From NCBI RefSeq assembly GCF_964355755.1, contig NC_092670.1:26212795-26276794 (forward strand): a DNA stretch of 64,000 bases, read 5' to 3'. Of the stretch, positions 1 through 40,087 are shown in pieces (the first letter of the stretch is position 1; every line of letters starts with the position of its first letter). The position numbers were made by a program, and so were the translations under genes. The DNA is from Antedon mediterranea. Lineage: Eukaryota > Animalia > Echinodermata. The notes beneath the pieces are model-generated. The model saw nothing but the letters and a program-made list of their open reading frames with translations. It ran no database searches and had not been told where the DNA came from.

Positions 1-686
1 AGCCCACTATAATTTAGTATTATTGAGACCAACATCATGCTTCTCGCGATAGGGAATTTCCTGGATAGATGAGTCGAGCGAGAGACGGCGGACCATGGCC
101 GCCGATGAGTGAGGCGGGGGTGGCAGCTTGGACGGATTAGCCTAGGGCCTACAATTTCGCTCGGTGGCAATTAAATTTAATGTTTTAATTACGTCTGGAT
201 ATAAACAATACAAAACTCAATTTTGTCATCGGCAATAATATTTCATACATAGTCAATTTTGTTCTGTTTCGCATTTTAAAAGTTTGACGTTTCGTCCTAA
301 AAAAAAGTGGGCCAAAACGTCCATCGCGCAAAATTATACCTCCATAAAAAGTAAAAAAAAAAAAAAAAAAACCGTCCCCCCGCCCCTGAAAATTTATGAG
401 GGTGTGACGCTTAACAAGTATTTTTTTTTATTTGGCCTAATATTGATTACAATTTAAAAAAACATTGTTTTGATGAAATATAAGGTGCGTCTTATACATC
501 GACGATATAAAAAATACCGATATTTTACTCTCAGTTAGGGGTGCGTCTTATACACAGGTGCGACTTATACACCGAAATATACGGTACATATGACCAAAAA
601 AACAGCTTAAATCAGTTGGCTAGGATAGTTGCTACAAGGTGGGCTTGGGTCTAGGCCTAGTGGGTTGGGTTGGGTAAACTGTACAT

Positions 687-1231
687 GGTAACGGGACGAT
701 TCAGCCCTGAGACAATTCGGCCCTGGGACGATTTGCACACTTAAATTTTATCGGCTTTGATATGCATTTTTTAAGCATAAAATAAGCTATTTTCCCCAAA
801 CTTTAATTTCAGAGAGACGATAGGGTAGTACTACTATAGGAATAAAGATGAAATAAAGCAAATATTTTGAAAACATTGTCGAAAATGATCATTTTTTAGT
901 CACGCGAACAATGTAAACAAGTTACGCCCTCTGTTGGCCGCTTGGCGAGTGCACGAAATAAACAAGGTTTTCGAAGTAATAAATTGAATATAAAATTACG
1001 TATTTTTAGTAATTTATTATATATAAAATATCAACATTGTCAATATCAATAAAATACGGATTGTTAAACACCTTTAAAAACTTGATAAATACCAAAAAAA
1101 ATGTATATGAATTTGGTCTAAAGTGAGACGTTTCGGCCAACAAAGTGGGATGTTTCGGCCTAAAGTGGGCCGAATCGTCCAACAGTGGGCCGAATCATCC
1201 CACCAAAAGTGGGCCGAATCGTCCTGGAACC
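687..1231. mobile_element. MITE with subterminal gggccgaatcgtcc repeats (second copy 8120-8664)
   Basis: Imperfect TIRs GG..CC; flanks ctgtacat/ccgtacat resemble an 8-bp TSD. Confidence 0.6.
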
Positions 1232-1785
1232 CCGTACATCACACGAAAATGGCAAATGATGCAGCAGAAGTAGGGCCTACTATATATTCATGTTCAATAA
1301 CATATGCATTTATAACTCAATTCTATAGGAGTTATTTAAAAATAATAGACCTGGACCTATTGGGCGAAACTTTAAATGGAAAAGCTATATAGCGTAAATC
1401 AAGGCTAGGTATTTATCTGGCCCGGTAACTGTACTCTACTAGCTAGGCCTAAATAGGCTAGACTAGAGCTCCGATGTACTACATATTTGCAGTTTTATTA
1501 ATAAAATACATACAATTAAAATTATTACGTTCAATTAACTAAATTATTGTTACGTTAACTATTATTATTATTTAATTCTCTACAATTGCGGATCATGTGG
1601 ATAATACAGGATTTTTTTTGTCGTATTTTCCTACCTAACAGCTCCAACCAACAGCAGCCTGAAAAAAGGAAGTTTAAAGGTATGATGGGAAGAGAAATGC
1701 TTCGGCGGCTTTAATTTTTTTCCAGTAATAAAGCAGCCGAAGGCTAGGAGAGGGCGTACTCCAGACTGAAAAGTCAGAGGAACAA

Positions 1786-2342
1786 TATAGAGAGAGTAAT
1801 GGCATTGAATGGATTAGAAGCCGTGTTTTTGTGTCCAACTATTCCTATGTAGCGTATGGAGTTGAGTCTTGTTTTGAAAATGTATAACGTTCAAAAGGCT
1901 TTAATTATCGAATTTATCAAAACAATCAATTTGATTAAAGGTTTTTGTTAAAATAATAAAAAAATTATAAAGTTACTGCGAACATGATTTAAAACAACAA
2001 AAATAGCAATTTCGGAACGGCTCTGGTTGTGCGCTCCATGCACGCTCTACGCGTGCGCGTTTAGTTTGTACAGCGTAATGCATTGTTTTTACATTTTGTT
2101 GTTTAAAACCATGTTCGCAGTAACTTTATGATTTTGTTATTATCTTAACAAAAACCTTAAACAAATTGATTATTTTGATATTAAATTCGATATTTAAAGC
2201 CTTGTGAATGTTATACATTTTTTAAGCAAATGACTCGACTCCATACGCTACATAGGCATAGTTGGACACAAACATGGCCGGCCTGCACACCACGTGACTT
2301 TCTAAAATCCGTGAACGCAAAGTCGTAACTCTCTCTATATAT
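1786..2342. mobile_element. Foldback MITE (second copy ~9220-9776)
   Basis: ~175-bp imperfect inverted arms 1831-2004 and 2093-2270; ends atatagagagagt/actctctctatat. Confidence 0.8.
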
Positions 2343-2350
2343 GGCTCTGT

Positions 2351-2757
2351 GAAAAGTGATTCCTAAACAGCCAAACAGGAGAGAGTCGAGAGGGAACCAA
2401 CAAGATGGCGACCGTAAATGTGTTTAAAAACATTATTTAATATAAAAAATAATAATCTAATACTGTATAATACATTAAGACCACATAAATTACAACACAT
2501 ATTCTTGCCAAAGCACAGTGAAGTTTTTATAAAATCAAATATATTGTTAATCGCAATGGAATGAATAATTTCTTGGTAATCTAGCATTTTTTGTATAAGG
2601 ATCATATAAAATTAATGCGTTCGCGTTTATACGCTTAACGCGCTGCGTTGCGTATCGTTCTTACGCAGATAGGCTCAACGCACAACGTAGGGCATATCTG
2701 ATTGGTGGATTGCAGCCGCCATCTTGTTGGTTCCCTCTCCATGGAGAATCACTTCTT
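2351..2757. mobile_element. MITE (second copy ~9785-10191)
   Basis: Inverted repeat gagagggaaccaacaagatggcg / cgccatcttgttggttccctctc, plus outer aagtgattc/gaatcactt. Confidence 0.7.
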
Positions 2758-3601
2758 GAACTGCGATAACACTATAGATTACCATCCAGCCTTCGGCTAT
2801 TACAAATCACTGATTTTATATCACTGTGCTCCACTGGTTGAGCAGTTCCTGTTGTAGTACTATTTCTATTTCAGAAGTTAATAATAAAGGCATAAATAGC
2901 GCTCCGTAGAGAACTAAACGAGCGTTCTGCCAGTCCAGTCGTCAGAATGGCGTTCTGAATATACCTCGACGAAAGGATATAAAATTATAATTGTTTTTAA
3001 TACAAATGTTGTCTGTTTTTTATAGCTTATCAATCTTTTTTAAAGCAATTAACAAATTAAATATATATCATAGTATTTAATTATCTAAATTTTATTAATG
3101 TTTTTACATTTTTTTACAATTAAGCATTCGTTTTCCTCTTCATACATTAATGATGTCATACTTTCCCACAATTCTTGTAATTAATGCGGCGAATGATTTG
3201 GGTAAAAGAACAGACTTATGTTATAGAATGGGCGTGAATTTCGTATGGATTATCCGAAATTTGTGAATTGTTTGTTCAGAAGTTTTCCTATAGAAAACAT
3301 AAAGATATAAGGATTGTATCTATGCCGTAAAATTTGTCGAAATATATTATATAGCGATTTTCAAGCTATTTTATTGACATCGGTAACATCCAAAACACAC
3401 CTATTTTTTTCTGTGAAAAAACCGGACCGCAGTGTATCAACACAAAATATACATCGACGGAGGTCATTTGAATGAAGTAGGCCTAGGCTATATAAGCTCT
3501 AGGCTAGTATATAATGATTATTTAAACATTTCTGTTGAGTAAAAAAGAGTACTAACAAGTAGCAGAATCCGAATATACAGTTGGTTTTGAACGCTTACAA
3601 A

Positions 3602-5171
3602 ATGGCAGATCCGGCAGAATGTAGCATAAAGGTTGTGTGTCGAGTACGACCAATGAATGATTCAGAATTAAAGTCTGGTTCAAAATTTATTGCTAAATTT
3701 CCCAAAGATGGTGAGCTAATTTTAGGGGTAAGTACCTAGGCCTACTGCCTACTGAAACTAGGCTACACAAACGGAAACTCGTTCGTGGTTGCCTAGGCAT
3801 AACAGGGCCAAGGCCTTGTTAATTATAATTAAGACCAAGACTAAGAGCTGTTTTTTATTCGCCGTGGTTAGGATTCCGGCACCGGAACTCAACTGCCCAC
3901 CGTTAGGGAATCCGACACGCTATTGCGCATGCCCAGAGCTCTGGGAAGTGAATTATAGCTTGCGCTAAATAGTGCCACACCACGGAGAGTCGGAGTGTTA
4001 TAGGGATTTACTGTAGCCTAGATAGTCGTTGCGCGAGCGAGAGAGCGATGGATGAAACTTCATGGCCTACTATGCCATACATGAATTAATAATTAAAATA
4101 CGACTAATTATATATTATAATATTTATAATGATATTAATAAGTATCAGTATCTATCTAAGATTTAAGAATCGTAATGCTGTTTTTAGCGTTGCGACCCTG
4201 ACTTCCCGAACAGTTTTTTCACATCCACGCGGTGGCTGCCGTGTCAACAAATCAACTTGTGATTGCATGTTGTTTATGTACAGCAAAGAACTTAAGTTCT
4301 TTGTGTACAGTATAATGCGTTATGAAAAATCATAAAACTAGTCATGTAATTATATAATTCATAATGATATGAAGTTTATATATGATTTTATGAATGAAGC
4401 AACCACTTTTTAATTACAAAATAAATACTATAGGCCCACTGGTCACGTCTAACTGGTAGCCCTAGCCTAGATTAGTGGATCCCATCAGTAGGCATCTAGG
4501 CTAGTTCGCCGTGTGTTGTGGCGCAGCTCATGAAACGATCCATCGCTGTTATTGATAGTATAGAGTCGCCGATTACCTCGCTCTGCGCATGCGCAATAGC
4601 GTGTCGGATTCCCTAACGTTGGGCAGTTGAGTTCCGGTGCCGGAATCCTAACCACGGCGTTTTTTATTTGTTATTTATAACGCCGTGGCTAAAGATACGG
4701 TACCGGCAAATCCTAACTTCCGTCACTACACACTTGCGGTTTATTTAAAGGTTGGTTTCTAGGTAGGCTGAGCCTTGTAAACCCTAATATCATGCCAACA
4801 CTAATGCAAGACATGCAAGGCAAGTAAAAGATTTATTCGAGGCATCATTTACCATTTAAAAAAGTTTCACAAAAGTGTGAGGCATCATTTTAAAATGTTG
4901 GTGTGATATTTCTATTATCATGAATTGATCAATTCGCCAAAAAAAATAAATTAAGATGATCTGTAGACAAATCTGGGAGAAATGAAAGGACTTGTTTACC
5001 TATGCAGTATTATTTTTGTATTAATCATTTATATTATTGATGACTAGCCTATGTATCTGTTTAATGTACTTATTCTTACACAGGGAAAAAACTATGTATA
5101 CGATCATGTTTTTAAACCAAACGTCACCCAACAAGAAGTTTATGAAAAGGCAGCCAGTGCCATTGTTAAAG
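3602..5171 (+). pseudogene. Khc: Truncated duplicate of Khc exons 1 (3602-3727) and 2 (5084-5171); intact but with no exon 3 of its own
   Basis: Same sequence as 11036-11161 and 12518-12605. Confidence 0.85.
3860..4659. mobile_element. Mutator-like non-autonomous element in intron 1 (upstream copy)
   Basis: ~70-bp near-perfect TIRs cgccgtggttaggattccggc...; 9-bp TSD ttttttatt. Confidence 0.85.
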
Positions 5172-6628
5172 GTGGGTATACAATTCTTTAAAAATTGACA
5201 GTTGAAATTTTCAATTAACTTGCATTGGATTGGATATTAGAGTGGATACCACAAAGAGTTGTGGACCGATAGACAGCGAATTTAAGCCGTAATTGATGTG
5301 GCGAAGTAAATTCATGTTTAAATGGTACCTAGTTGGCTGGAAATTGACACTCTAATAATTTGTATGGAAAGCACTAGAGATATATGCAGTAAAACCTTCA
5401 TTTTACGTACGAAAGGCGTACATAAAACATGGGGTTCTAGGCCTACAGTAGCTAGATGTGAGGCCCAGCTGTGTATTTTTTAATTGTATTTTCTATCAAT
5501 TAGAATAATAAAAACAGTCACTGCTGTAGGGGAATGCACATGTGTGGCTTGTCTCATAGTCATGGCTTTGTAGTTTGTTGTTAAATTGCATCCTCAATGT
5601 AACAAAATACACACTAATAAATTACTGAAAATGATCATATTGTCATCAATCATTTTATGTGTACGTAAAATCCAGGGAACGTAAAATCATTTACAGTAAA
5701 ACTTGTATTTTACGAACGTTCAGTTTACGAATTGTCAATTTTTTATGAATGGGTTAATAAATGACATTGATGATGTCACTAAAAACGTAAAAATGTTGAT
5801 TTTAAAAAGTAATAAAGCTCACTATTCTTGACAAAAATCAAGTTTAATTCCTATCATTCCTACTACCTGCTTCATCACTCTACAGATTTGATAGTAGCCA
5901 TGGATACATCAGCATGATTAAAGTTTGATTGTTGCAATATGCGTGTCTAGGAGAGCGATCGACGGTTTAACTGCATTCTTACTTAACATATAAGGTCCCT
6001 AGTACACTTTCTATACTACTGAAAATCACAATAATTATTATTTTTTAAAATGCCTCTGAAAATAAAAAGAAAACGTACAAGCCTTGGCATCGACTAAAAG
6101 TGATTGAGAGGGACAGACTGTAGTCGCTTGCAGCTGTGGCTCTTCAGTTTTGTTTGCCGAAATCTATGGTATGTATTTTATTTGGAATGAAAGGGATGAA
6201 CTTTATCAACATGTTTCGAAAGCTGATGCGCCAGGAAACTTTGTCTAGATATCGTCAATCAAGGATACTATGCCTACCACTTAAATTTATGCGCTTTTGG
6301 CAAATGATGTTGTAGTCTATGAGAAGGGTCTTTAGGTGTCTGAAACTGAAAGTACAGTCTTACACAGTCCAGTTCAATTTCATACATACTAATCGCATAC
6401 GATTGTCCGTGAAAACGTGCGCCCTCTCGAAATGATCGAGCGAGGCTAGCCCACACACGTACATTGTGTTACATACACGGTCATGCACTCGATGTTGTTG
6501 CGGGTGCGAAACTCATGAATAACAAGTTAGAAAGAACTTGTTGAGGCTGGGCACGGCCGAGCCTAGGTAAGAAAAAACCTAAATAAAGGACGCCGTTGTA
6601 GATTTAACAAATTATATTATTACAATAA

Positions 6629-7870
6629 GGCCAAATAAAAAAACATACTTGTTAAGCGTCACCGCCCGCTCCTGATTATCCAGCCGCCTCTCTTTTTATT
6701 TTTATTTTTTTTTTACCCATATACAACGGAAAGTTTAGCGGCCCGGCCCAGCTCCAGAGCAGGGCTCAAAATTCACGCTAGCAAACTAGCATTTTGCTAG
6801 TAGATTCTTTATAATTGCTAGTTGAAAATTTCAAAACTAGCAAATGTTTGCTAGGCTGGTGTAATTTTTGAAAAATACGTACTTCTTAGCTTAGCCACGC
6901 TAGCTAGCCACCGATCGCTCTATGTCGACAACGGCAATTTGGTGAAAACAATTGTTTCATTTACACGCCGCCGATTTACGTCAAGGAAACGCGAATAGCA
7001 CCGCGAATCATGTGTGGTAAACAGCAAGCTTTTTCCCCAACACATTAAATCACGTGCATTTAGTACGTCGCTGAGGATTACATCATCAGTCACGTGATAG
7101 AATACACGATTATCAATTTAGGGATTACTGAAATAAATATTTTGCCTACACAGTGGTCGAAACGCGTTTTTTATAGGTTCGTAAATAGGAAACACCCCAT
7201 ACATAATGGACTCTACCAATTTTGTTTACGATGATCTCGCGCTCGAGATCGGCACACCACGAGGGTCCTGTTGGGCGATGGGCCCGGCGATGCGTTTTCT
7301 TATGCCTGGTTTACCTGTGGAATAATTACACACACTTTTCGCATCACAACTTTAAATACTGATTTACACAAAGAAGAATGAATACGTTGAATAAAAATTC
7401 ACTTAAGAAATGCCGTAAGCTGTTTTCAAAATCAGCCCACTATAATTTAGTATTATTGAGACCAACATCATGCTTCTCGCGATAGGGAATTTCCTGGATA
7501 GATGAGTCGAGCGAGAGACGGCGGACCATGGCCGCCGATGAGTGAGGCGGGGGTGGCAGCTTGGACGGATTAGCCTAGGGCCTACAATTTCGCTCGGTGG
7601 CAATTAAATTTAATGTTTTAATTACGTCTGGATATAAACAATACAAAACTCAATTTTGTCATCGGCAATAATATTTCATACATAGTCAATTTTGTTCTGT
7701 TTCGCATTTTAAAAGTTTGACGTTTCGTCCTAAAAAAAAGTGGGCCAAAACGTCCATCGCGCAAAATTATACCTCCATAAAAAGTAAAAAAAAAAAAAAA
7801 AAAACCGTCCCCCCGCCCCTGAAAATTTATGAGGGTGTGACGCTTAACAAGTATTTTTTTTTATTTGGCC
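6629..7870. mobile_element. PIF/Harbinger-like non-autonomous element
   Basis: TIRs ggccaaataaaaaaacatacttgttaagcgtcac and its reverse complement; TAA on both sides. The right end also appears at ~404-437. Confidence 0.8.
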
Positions 7871-10800
7871 TAATATTGATTACAATTTAAAAAAACATTG
7901 TTTTGATGAAATATATGGTGCGTCTTATACATCGACGATATAAAAAATACCGATATTTTACTCTCAGTTAGGGGTGCGTCTTATACACAGGTGCGACTTA
8001 TACACCGAAATATACGGTACATATGACCAAAAAAACAGCTTAAATCAGTTGGCTAGGATAGTTGCTACAAGGTGGGCTTGGGTCTAGGCCTAGTGGGTTG
8101 GGTTGGGTAAACTGTACATGGTAACGGGACGATTCAGCCCTGAGACAATTCGGCCCTGGGACGATTTGCACACTTAAATTTTATCGGCTTTGATATGCAT
8201 TTTTTAAGCATAAAATAAGCTATTTTCCCCAAACTTTAATTTCAGAGAGACGATAGGGTAGTACTACTATAGGAATAAAGATGAAATAAAGCAAATATTT
8301 TGAAAACATTGTCGAAAATGATCATTTTTTAGTCACGCGAACAATGTAAACAAGTTACGCCCTCTGTTGGCCGCTTGGCGAGTGCACGAAATAAACAAGG
8401 TTTTCGAAGTAATAAATTGAATATAAAATTACGTATTTTTAGTAATTTATTATATATAAAATATCAACATTGTCAATATCAATAAAATACGGATTGTTAA
8501 ACACCTTTAAAAACTTGATAAATACCAAAAAAAATGTATATGAATTTGGTCTAAAGTGAGACGTTTCGGCCAACAAAGTGGGATGTTTCGGCCTAAAGTG
8601 GGCCGAATCGTCCAACAGTGGGCCGAATCATCCCACCAAAAGTGGGCCGAATCGTCCTGGAACCCCGTACATCACACGAAAATGGCAAATGATGCAGCAG
8701 AAGTAGGGCCTACTATATATTCATGTTCAATAACATATGCATTTATAACTCAATTCTATAGGAGTTATTTAAAAATAATAGACCTGGACCTATTGGGCGA
8801 AACTTTAAAATGGAAAAGCTATATAGCGTAAATCAAGGCTAGGTATTTATCTGGCCCGGTAACTGTACTCTACTAGCTAGGCCTAAATAGGCTAGACTAG
8901 AGCTCCGATGTACTACATATTTGCAGTTTTATTAATAAAATACATACAATTAAAATTATTACGTTCAATTAACTAAATTATTGTTACGTTAACTATTATT
9001 ATTATTTAATTCTCTACAATTGCGGATCATGTGGATAATACAGGATTTTTTTTGTCGTATTTTCCTACCTAACAGCTCCAACCAACAGCAGCCTGAAAAA
9101 AGGAAGTTTAAAGGTATGATGGGAAGAGAAATGCTTCGGCGGCTTTAATTTTTTTCCAGTAATAAAGCAGCCGAAGGCTAGGAGAGGGCGTACTCCAGAC
9201 TGAAAAGTCAGAGGAACAATATAGAGAGAGTAATGGCATTGAATGGATTAGAAGCCGTGTTTTTGTGTCCAACTATTCCTATGTAGCGTATGGAGTTGAG
9301 TCTTGTTTTGAAAATGTATAACGTTCAAAAGGCTTTAATTATCGAATTTATCAAAACAATCAATTTGATTAAAGGTTTTTGTTAAAATAATAAAAAAATT
9401 ATAAAGTTACTGCGAACATGATTTAAAACAACAAAAATAGCAATTTCGGAACGGCTCTGGTTGTGCGCTCCATGCACGCTCTACGCGTGCGCGTTTAGTT
9501 TGTACAGCGTAATGCATTGTTTTTACATTTTGTTGTTTAAAACCATGTTCGCAGTAACTTTATGATTTTGTTATTATCTTAACAAAAACCTTAAACAAAT
9601 TGATTATTTTGATATTAAATTCGATATTTAAAGCCTTGTGAATGTTATACATTTTTTAAGCAAATGACTCGACTCCATACGCTACATAGGCATAGTTGGA
9701 CACAAACATGGCCGGCCTGCACACCACGTGACTTTCTAAAATCCGTGAACGCAAAGTCGTAACTCTCTCTATATATGGCTCTGTGAAAAGTGATTCCTAA
9801 ACAGCCAAACAGGAGAGAGTCGAGAGGGAACCAACAAGATGGCGACCGTAAATGTGTTTAAAAACATTATTTAATATAAAAAATAATAATCTAATACTGT
9901 ATAATACATTAAGACCACATAAATTACAACACATATTCTTGCCAAAGCACAGTGAAGTTTTTATAAAATCAAATATATTGTTAATCGCAATGGAATGAAT
10001 AATTTCTTGGTAATCTAGCATTTTTTGTATAAGGATCATATAAAATTAATGCGTTCGCGTTTATACGCTTAACGCGCTGCGTTGCGTATCGTTCTTACGC
10101 AGATAGGCTCAACGCACAACGTAGGGCATATCTGATTGGTGGATTGCAGCCGCCATCTTGTTGGTTCCCTCTCCATGGAGAATCACTTCTTGAACTGCGA
10201 TAACACTATAGATTACCATCCAGCCTTCGGCTATTACAAATCACTGATTTTATATCACTGTGCTCCACTGGTTGAGCAGTTCCTGTTGTAGTACTATTTC
10301 TATTTCAGAAGTTAATAATAAAGGCATAAATAGCGCTCCGTAGAGAACTAAACGAGCGTTCTGCCAGTCCAGTCGTCAGAATGGCGTTCTGAATATACCT
10401 CGACGAAAGGATATAAAATTATAATTGTTTTTAATACAAATGTTGTCTGTTTTTTATAGCTTATCAATCTTTTTTAAAGCAATTAACAAATTAAATATAT
10501 ATCATAGTATTTAATTATCTAAATTTTATTAATGTTTTTACATTTTTTTACAATTAAGCATTCGTTTTCCTCTTCATACATTAATGATGTCATACTTTCC
10601 CACAATTCTTGTAATTAATGCGGCGAATGATTTGGGTAAAAGAACAGACTTATGTTATAGAATGGGCGTGAATTTCGTATGGATTATCCGAAATTTGTGA
10701 ATTGTTTGTTCAGAAGTTTTCCTATAGAAAACATAAAGATATAAGGATTGTATCTATGCCGTAAAATTTGTCGAAATATATTATATAGCGATTTTCAAGC

Positions 10801-11035
10801 TATTTTATTGACATCGGTAACATCCAAAACACACCTATTTTTTTCTGTGAAAAAACCGGACCGCAGTGTATCAACACAAAATATACATCGACGGAGGTCA
10901 TTTGAATGAAGTAGGCCTAGGCTATATAAGCTCTAGGCTAGTATATAATGATTATTTAAACATTTCTGTTGAGTAAAAAAGAGTACTAACAAGTAGCAGA
11001 ATCCGAATATACAGTTGGTTTTGAACGCTTACAAA

Positions 11036-38062
<27,027 letters not shown>

Positions 38063-38645
38063 GTTCAATTATTCATATTGGTTTTGTGATGTGTCCGTAT
38101 AATTTTTAATTTCCTCTGTTTGTGTTCCATGTTGATTTTGCATGGTCTTCTTGCTTTTCTGCAATTTTTGTAGGGGCCTTTTCTGGGAATCTATGTCGCT
38201 GATACATGAATATCCATTATAATACAGATTGCATTCAAATTTAAAAATTAAAATGTGTATAAAAATGTTTACTTTATAAAAAATGTTATTTCTATGTTTG
38301 TGCACATGACCAGGAAAGTTTTCATATTATATTCATAATATATTGCCGTAAATGTGCTTTCACACTTTTATTAGCCCAATGCCACCTACTGTAGGTTTTT
38401 GTAATGTTAAGCTTAGATCAAAGCCAAATCTTTTCACATATAATGCTTTATTATTCCTTTAATATTGGTAGTTAATCTTATTGTGTGAAAATTGTTGTAG
38501 TTTAATATGTTTCGTATGTGAAGTTTACAGTTTGTTTGCTATAATGTTTTATTATGATAAGTGCACATTAAATATTTTTTATTTTTATACTGTACATTCA
38601 GTTGTATTCTTTTTTTTTTTATGAAATACTTTCTCTTATATTTAG

Positions 38646-38768
38646 TAGTTCGTTGGAGCATTTAGCGGGACATAGTCGTGGAGAAAGTCCTCGCCGAGAT
38701 CATCATAATCGCCATTCTCATTCTTCCAGGTCTTCCTCCCGATCAGCTTCATCTGAGTCACTATCAAC
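38646..38768 (+). CDS. Khc: Candidate 123-nt cassette tail exon, Ser/Arg/His-rich
   Basis: Phase 2-2, open frame, GC-richer than flanks, donor gttagt. Confidence 0.65.
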
Positions 38769-39399
38769 GTTAGTTTTTGTTGCTCTTTAATTTCTTTTTA
38801 TTTGTTTTTTTGCTTGCTGTGGTTTTCTTTATTATTTGCCTTTTTAGTTTAATTTCAATATACTTGGACATGATCTCCAAATTATTCCAGATTGTAAATT
38901 TTATTTATTTATTTTTGAGATATAATATAAGAAATTTACAAAAATCAGACTTGAGTCTAAAAATATTGTAGTACAAAGATTGAAACATAAATAGACATAA
39001 CAGTATTGCAAGGTTATTAGATTACTTTTATAAATTGTCCACATATTCATCTTATTTAATTACATTTTATAGATTTTTTAATTTTAATTCATCAGTATTA
39101 TATTGAAAATGTCTCATTTGTTTAAAAATCTTAAATTTACTTACACTACATTACAAGTTAATGGATGCACATGAAATTTAAACATACAAACAAGACATCA
39201 AAACAATTTAAACAAATTGTCCACATGTTCATCTTTATTATTTAATTATATTATCATATTTTAAAATTTCAATTCATCAGTATTATAAAAGTGTCTCATT
39301 TGTTTAACTAGCTAATATTTACTTGAATTACAAGTTAATGGAAAGATAAAACGGTGCATCATTATTGGGTGTTTAGAAGGATATAAGGAACGGCTCTTT

Positions 39400-39720
39400 T
39401 AGGCTCTTCATGGGTTTTACCACTGGATCCAAGATTAAGTTTTCGCTTGCTGCAAGAAGGGAGTATATCCCTGTGCAACCATGATTTCAAAAGATCCTTA
39501 CCAAAGGAAAGTACTAGACTTTCCCTCATTGTGACAAGTGAAAGGAGTTGAGTCACATCCAATACATTACATAGTTTTTTCTCAAGATGATTCGTAACAG
39601 CTTCAATATTGTGCACTAATTTATTTTTAATTGCGCCATGCCACACTGGGCATACATACTTAGGAATTGGCCATGGCTTACCATTACTTCTTATTTTCAC
39701 ATGTCAAGGACATTTATCAT
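39400..39720 (-). mobile_element. Decayed LINE ORF2 C-terminal fragment
   Basis: PIPKYVCPVWH resembles the RPxLEYACPVWH motif of CR1/L2-group elements. Confidence 0.55.
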
Positions 39721-39791
39721 AGTAGGCATTTTGTAGAGTAACCTCTAGCTCCACAGTTTATCATTTTTATTTATAAGATTGTAGACGTTAT

Positions 39792-40087
39792 TCCTTTTTA
39801 TTTTTTTATTTTATTCAATCGAAACCAACAGCGATAATTACCGCCACTAACAGGTTTGATTCAAACAAAGCCAGGACTATTTAAAGCACCTAGATTTGTC
39901 CTAACATTGATCAAGGGCTTCTCGTCCAGTGCCCACCTTGACCAGAGGAATGCCTAACAGGACCCCAGCTCCATATACAGCACCTGATTTTCCCAGATGG
40001 TATGCCATCCAAGCTCTAACCAGGGCCAACGTTGCTTAACTTTGGTGATCTGACAAGAACCGGTGTTTCAGCGTGGTAAAGCCATAT
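39792..40087 (-). mobile_element. 5S rRNA-derived SINE (SINE3-like); 5S head at 39976-40085
   Basis: Minus strand reads taccacgctgaaacaccggttcttgtcagatcaccaaagttaagcaacg...ggttagagcttggatgg...tgggaaaatcaggtgctgta, then ~160-bp body and A-rich tail. Confidence 0.75.

Larger units (their letters stand above)
1..6383 (+). repeat. Upstream copy of a 7.43-kb tandem segmental duplication (left end outside window)
   Basis: Matches 7434-13817 at offset 7433/7434; I noticed only 2 substitutions and one 1-bp indel. Confidence 0.97.

Noticed and set aside
1123-1392. 89/91-aa ORFs with WAESS repeats (also 8556-8831)
   Set aside because: GTG start; translation of MITE subterminal repeats.
3159-3176. ZNF143/Staf-like site actttcccacaattc (also ~10593)
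   Set aside because: Only a partial motif match and the TSS is unknown.
39030-39345. ~130-bp degenerate direct repeat pair
   Set aside because: Ordinary old local duplication next to a LINE relic; no coding or structural signal.
39976-40085. Functional 5S rRNA gene
   Set aside because: Many substitutions in conserved positions, no oligo-T terminator directly after it, single copy fused to a SINE-like body.
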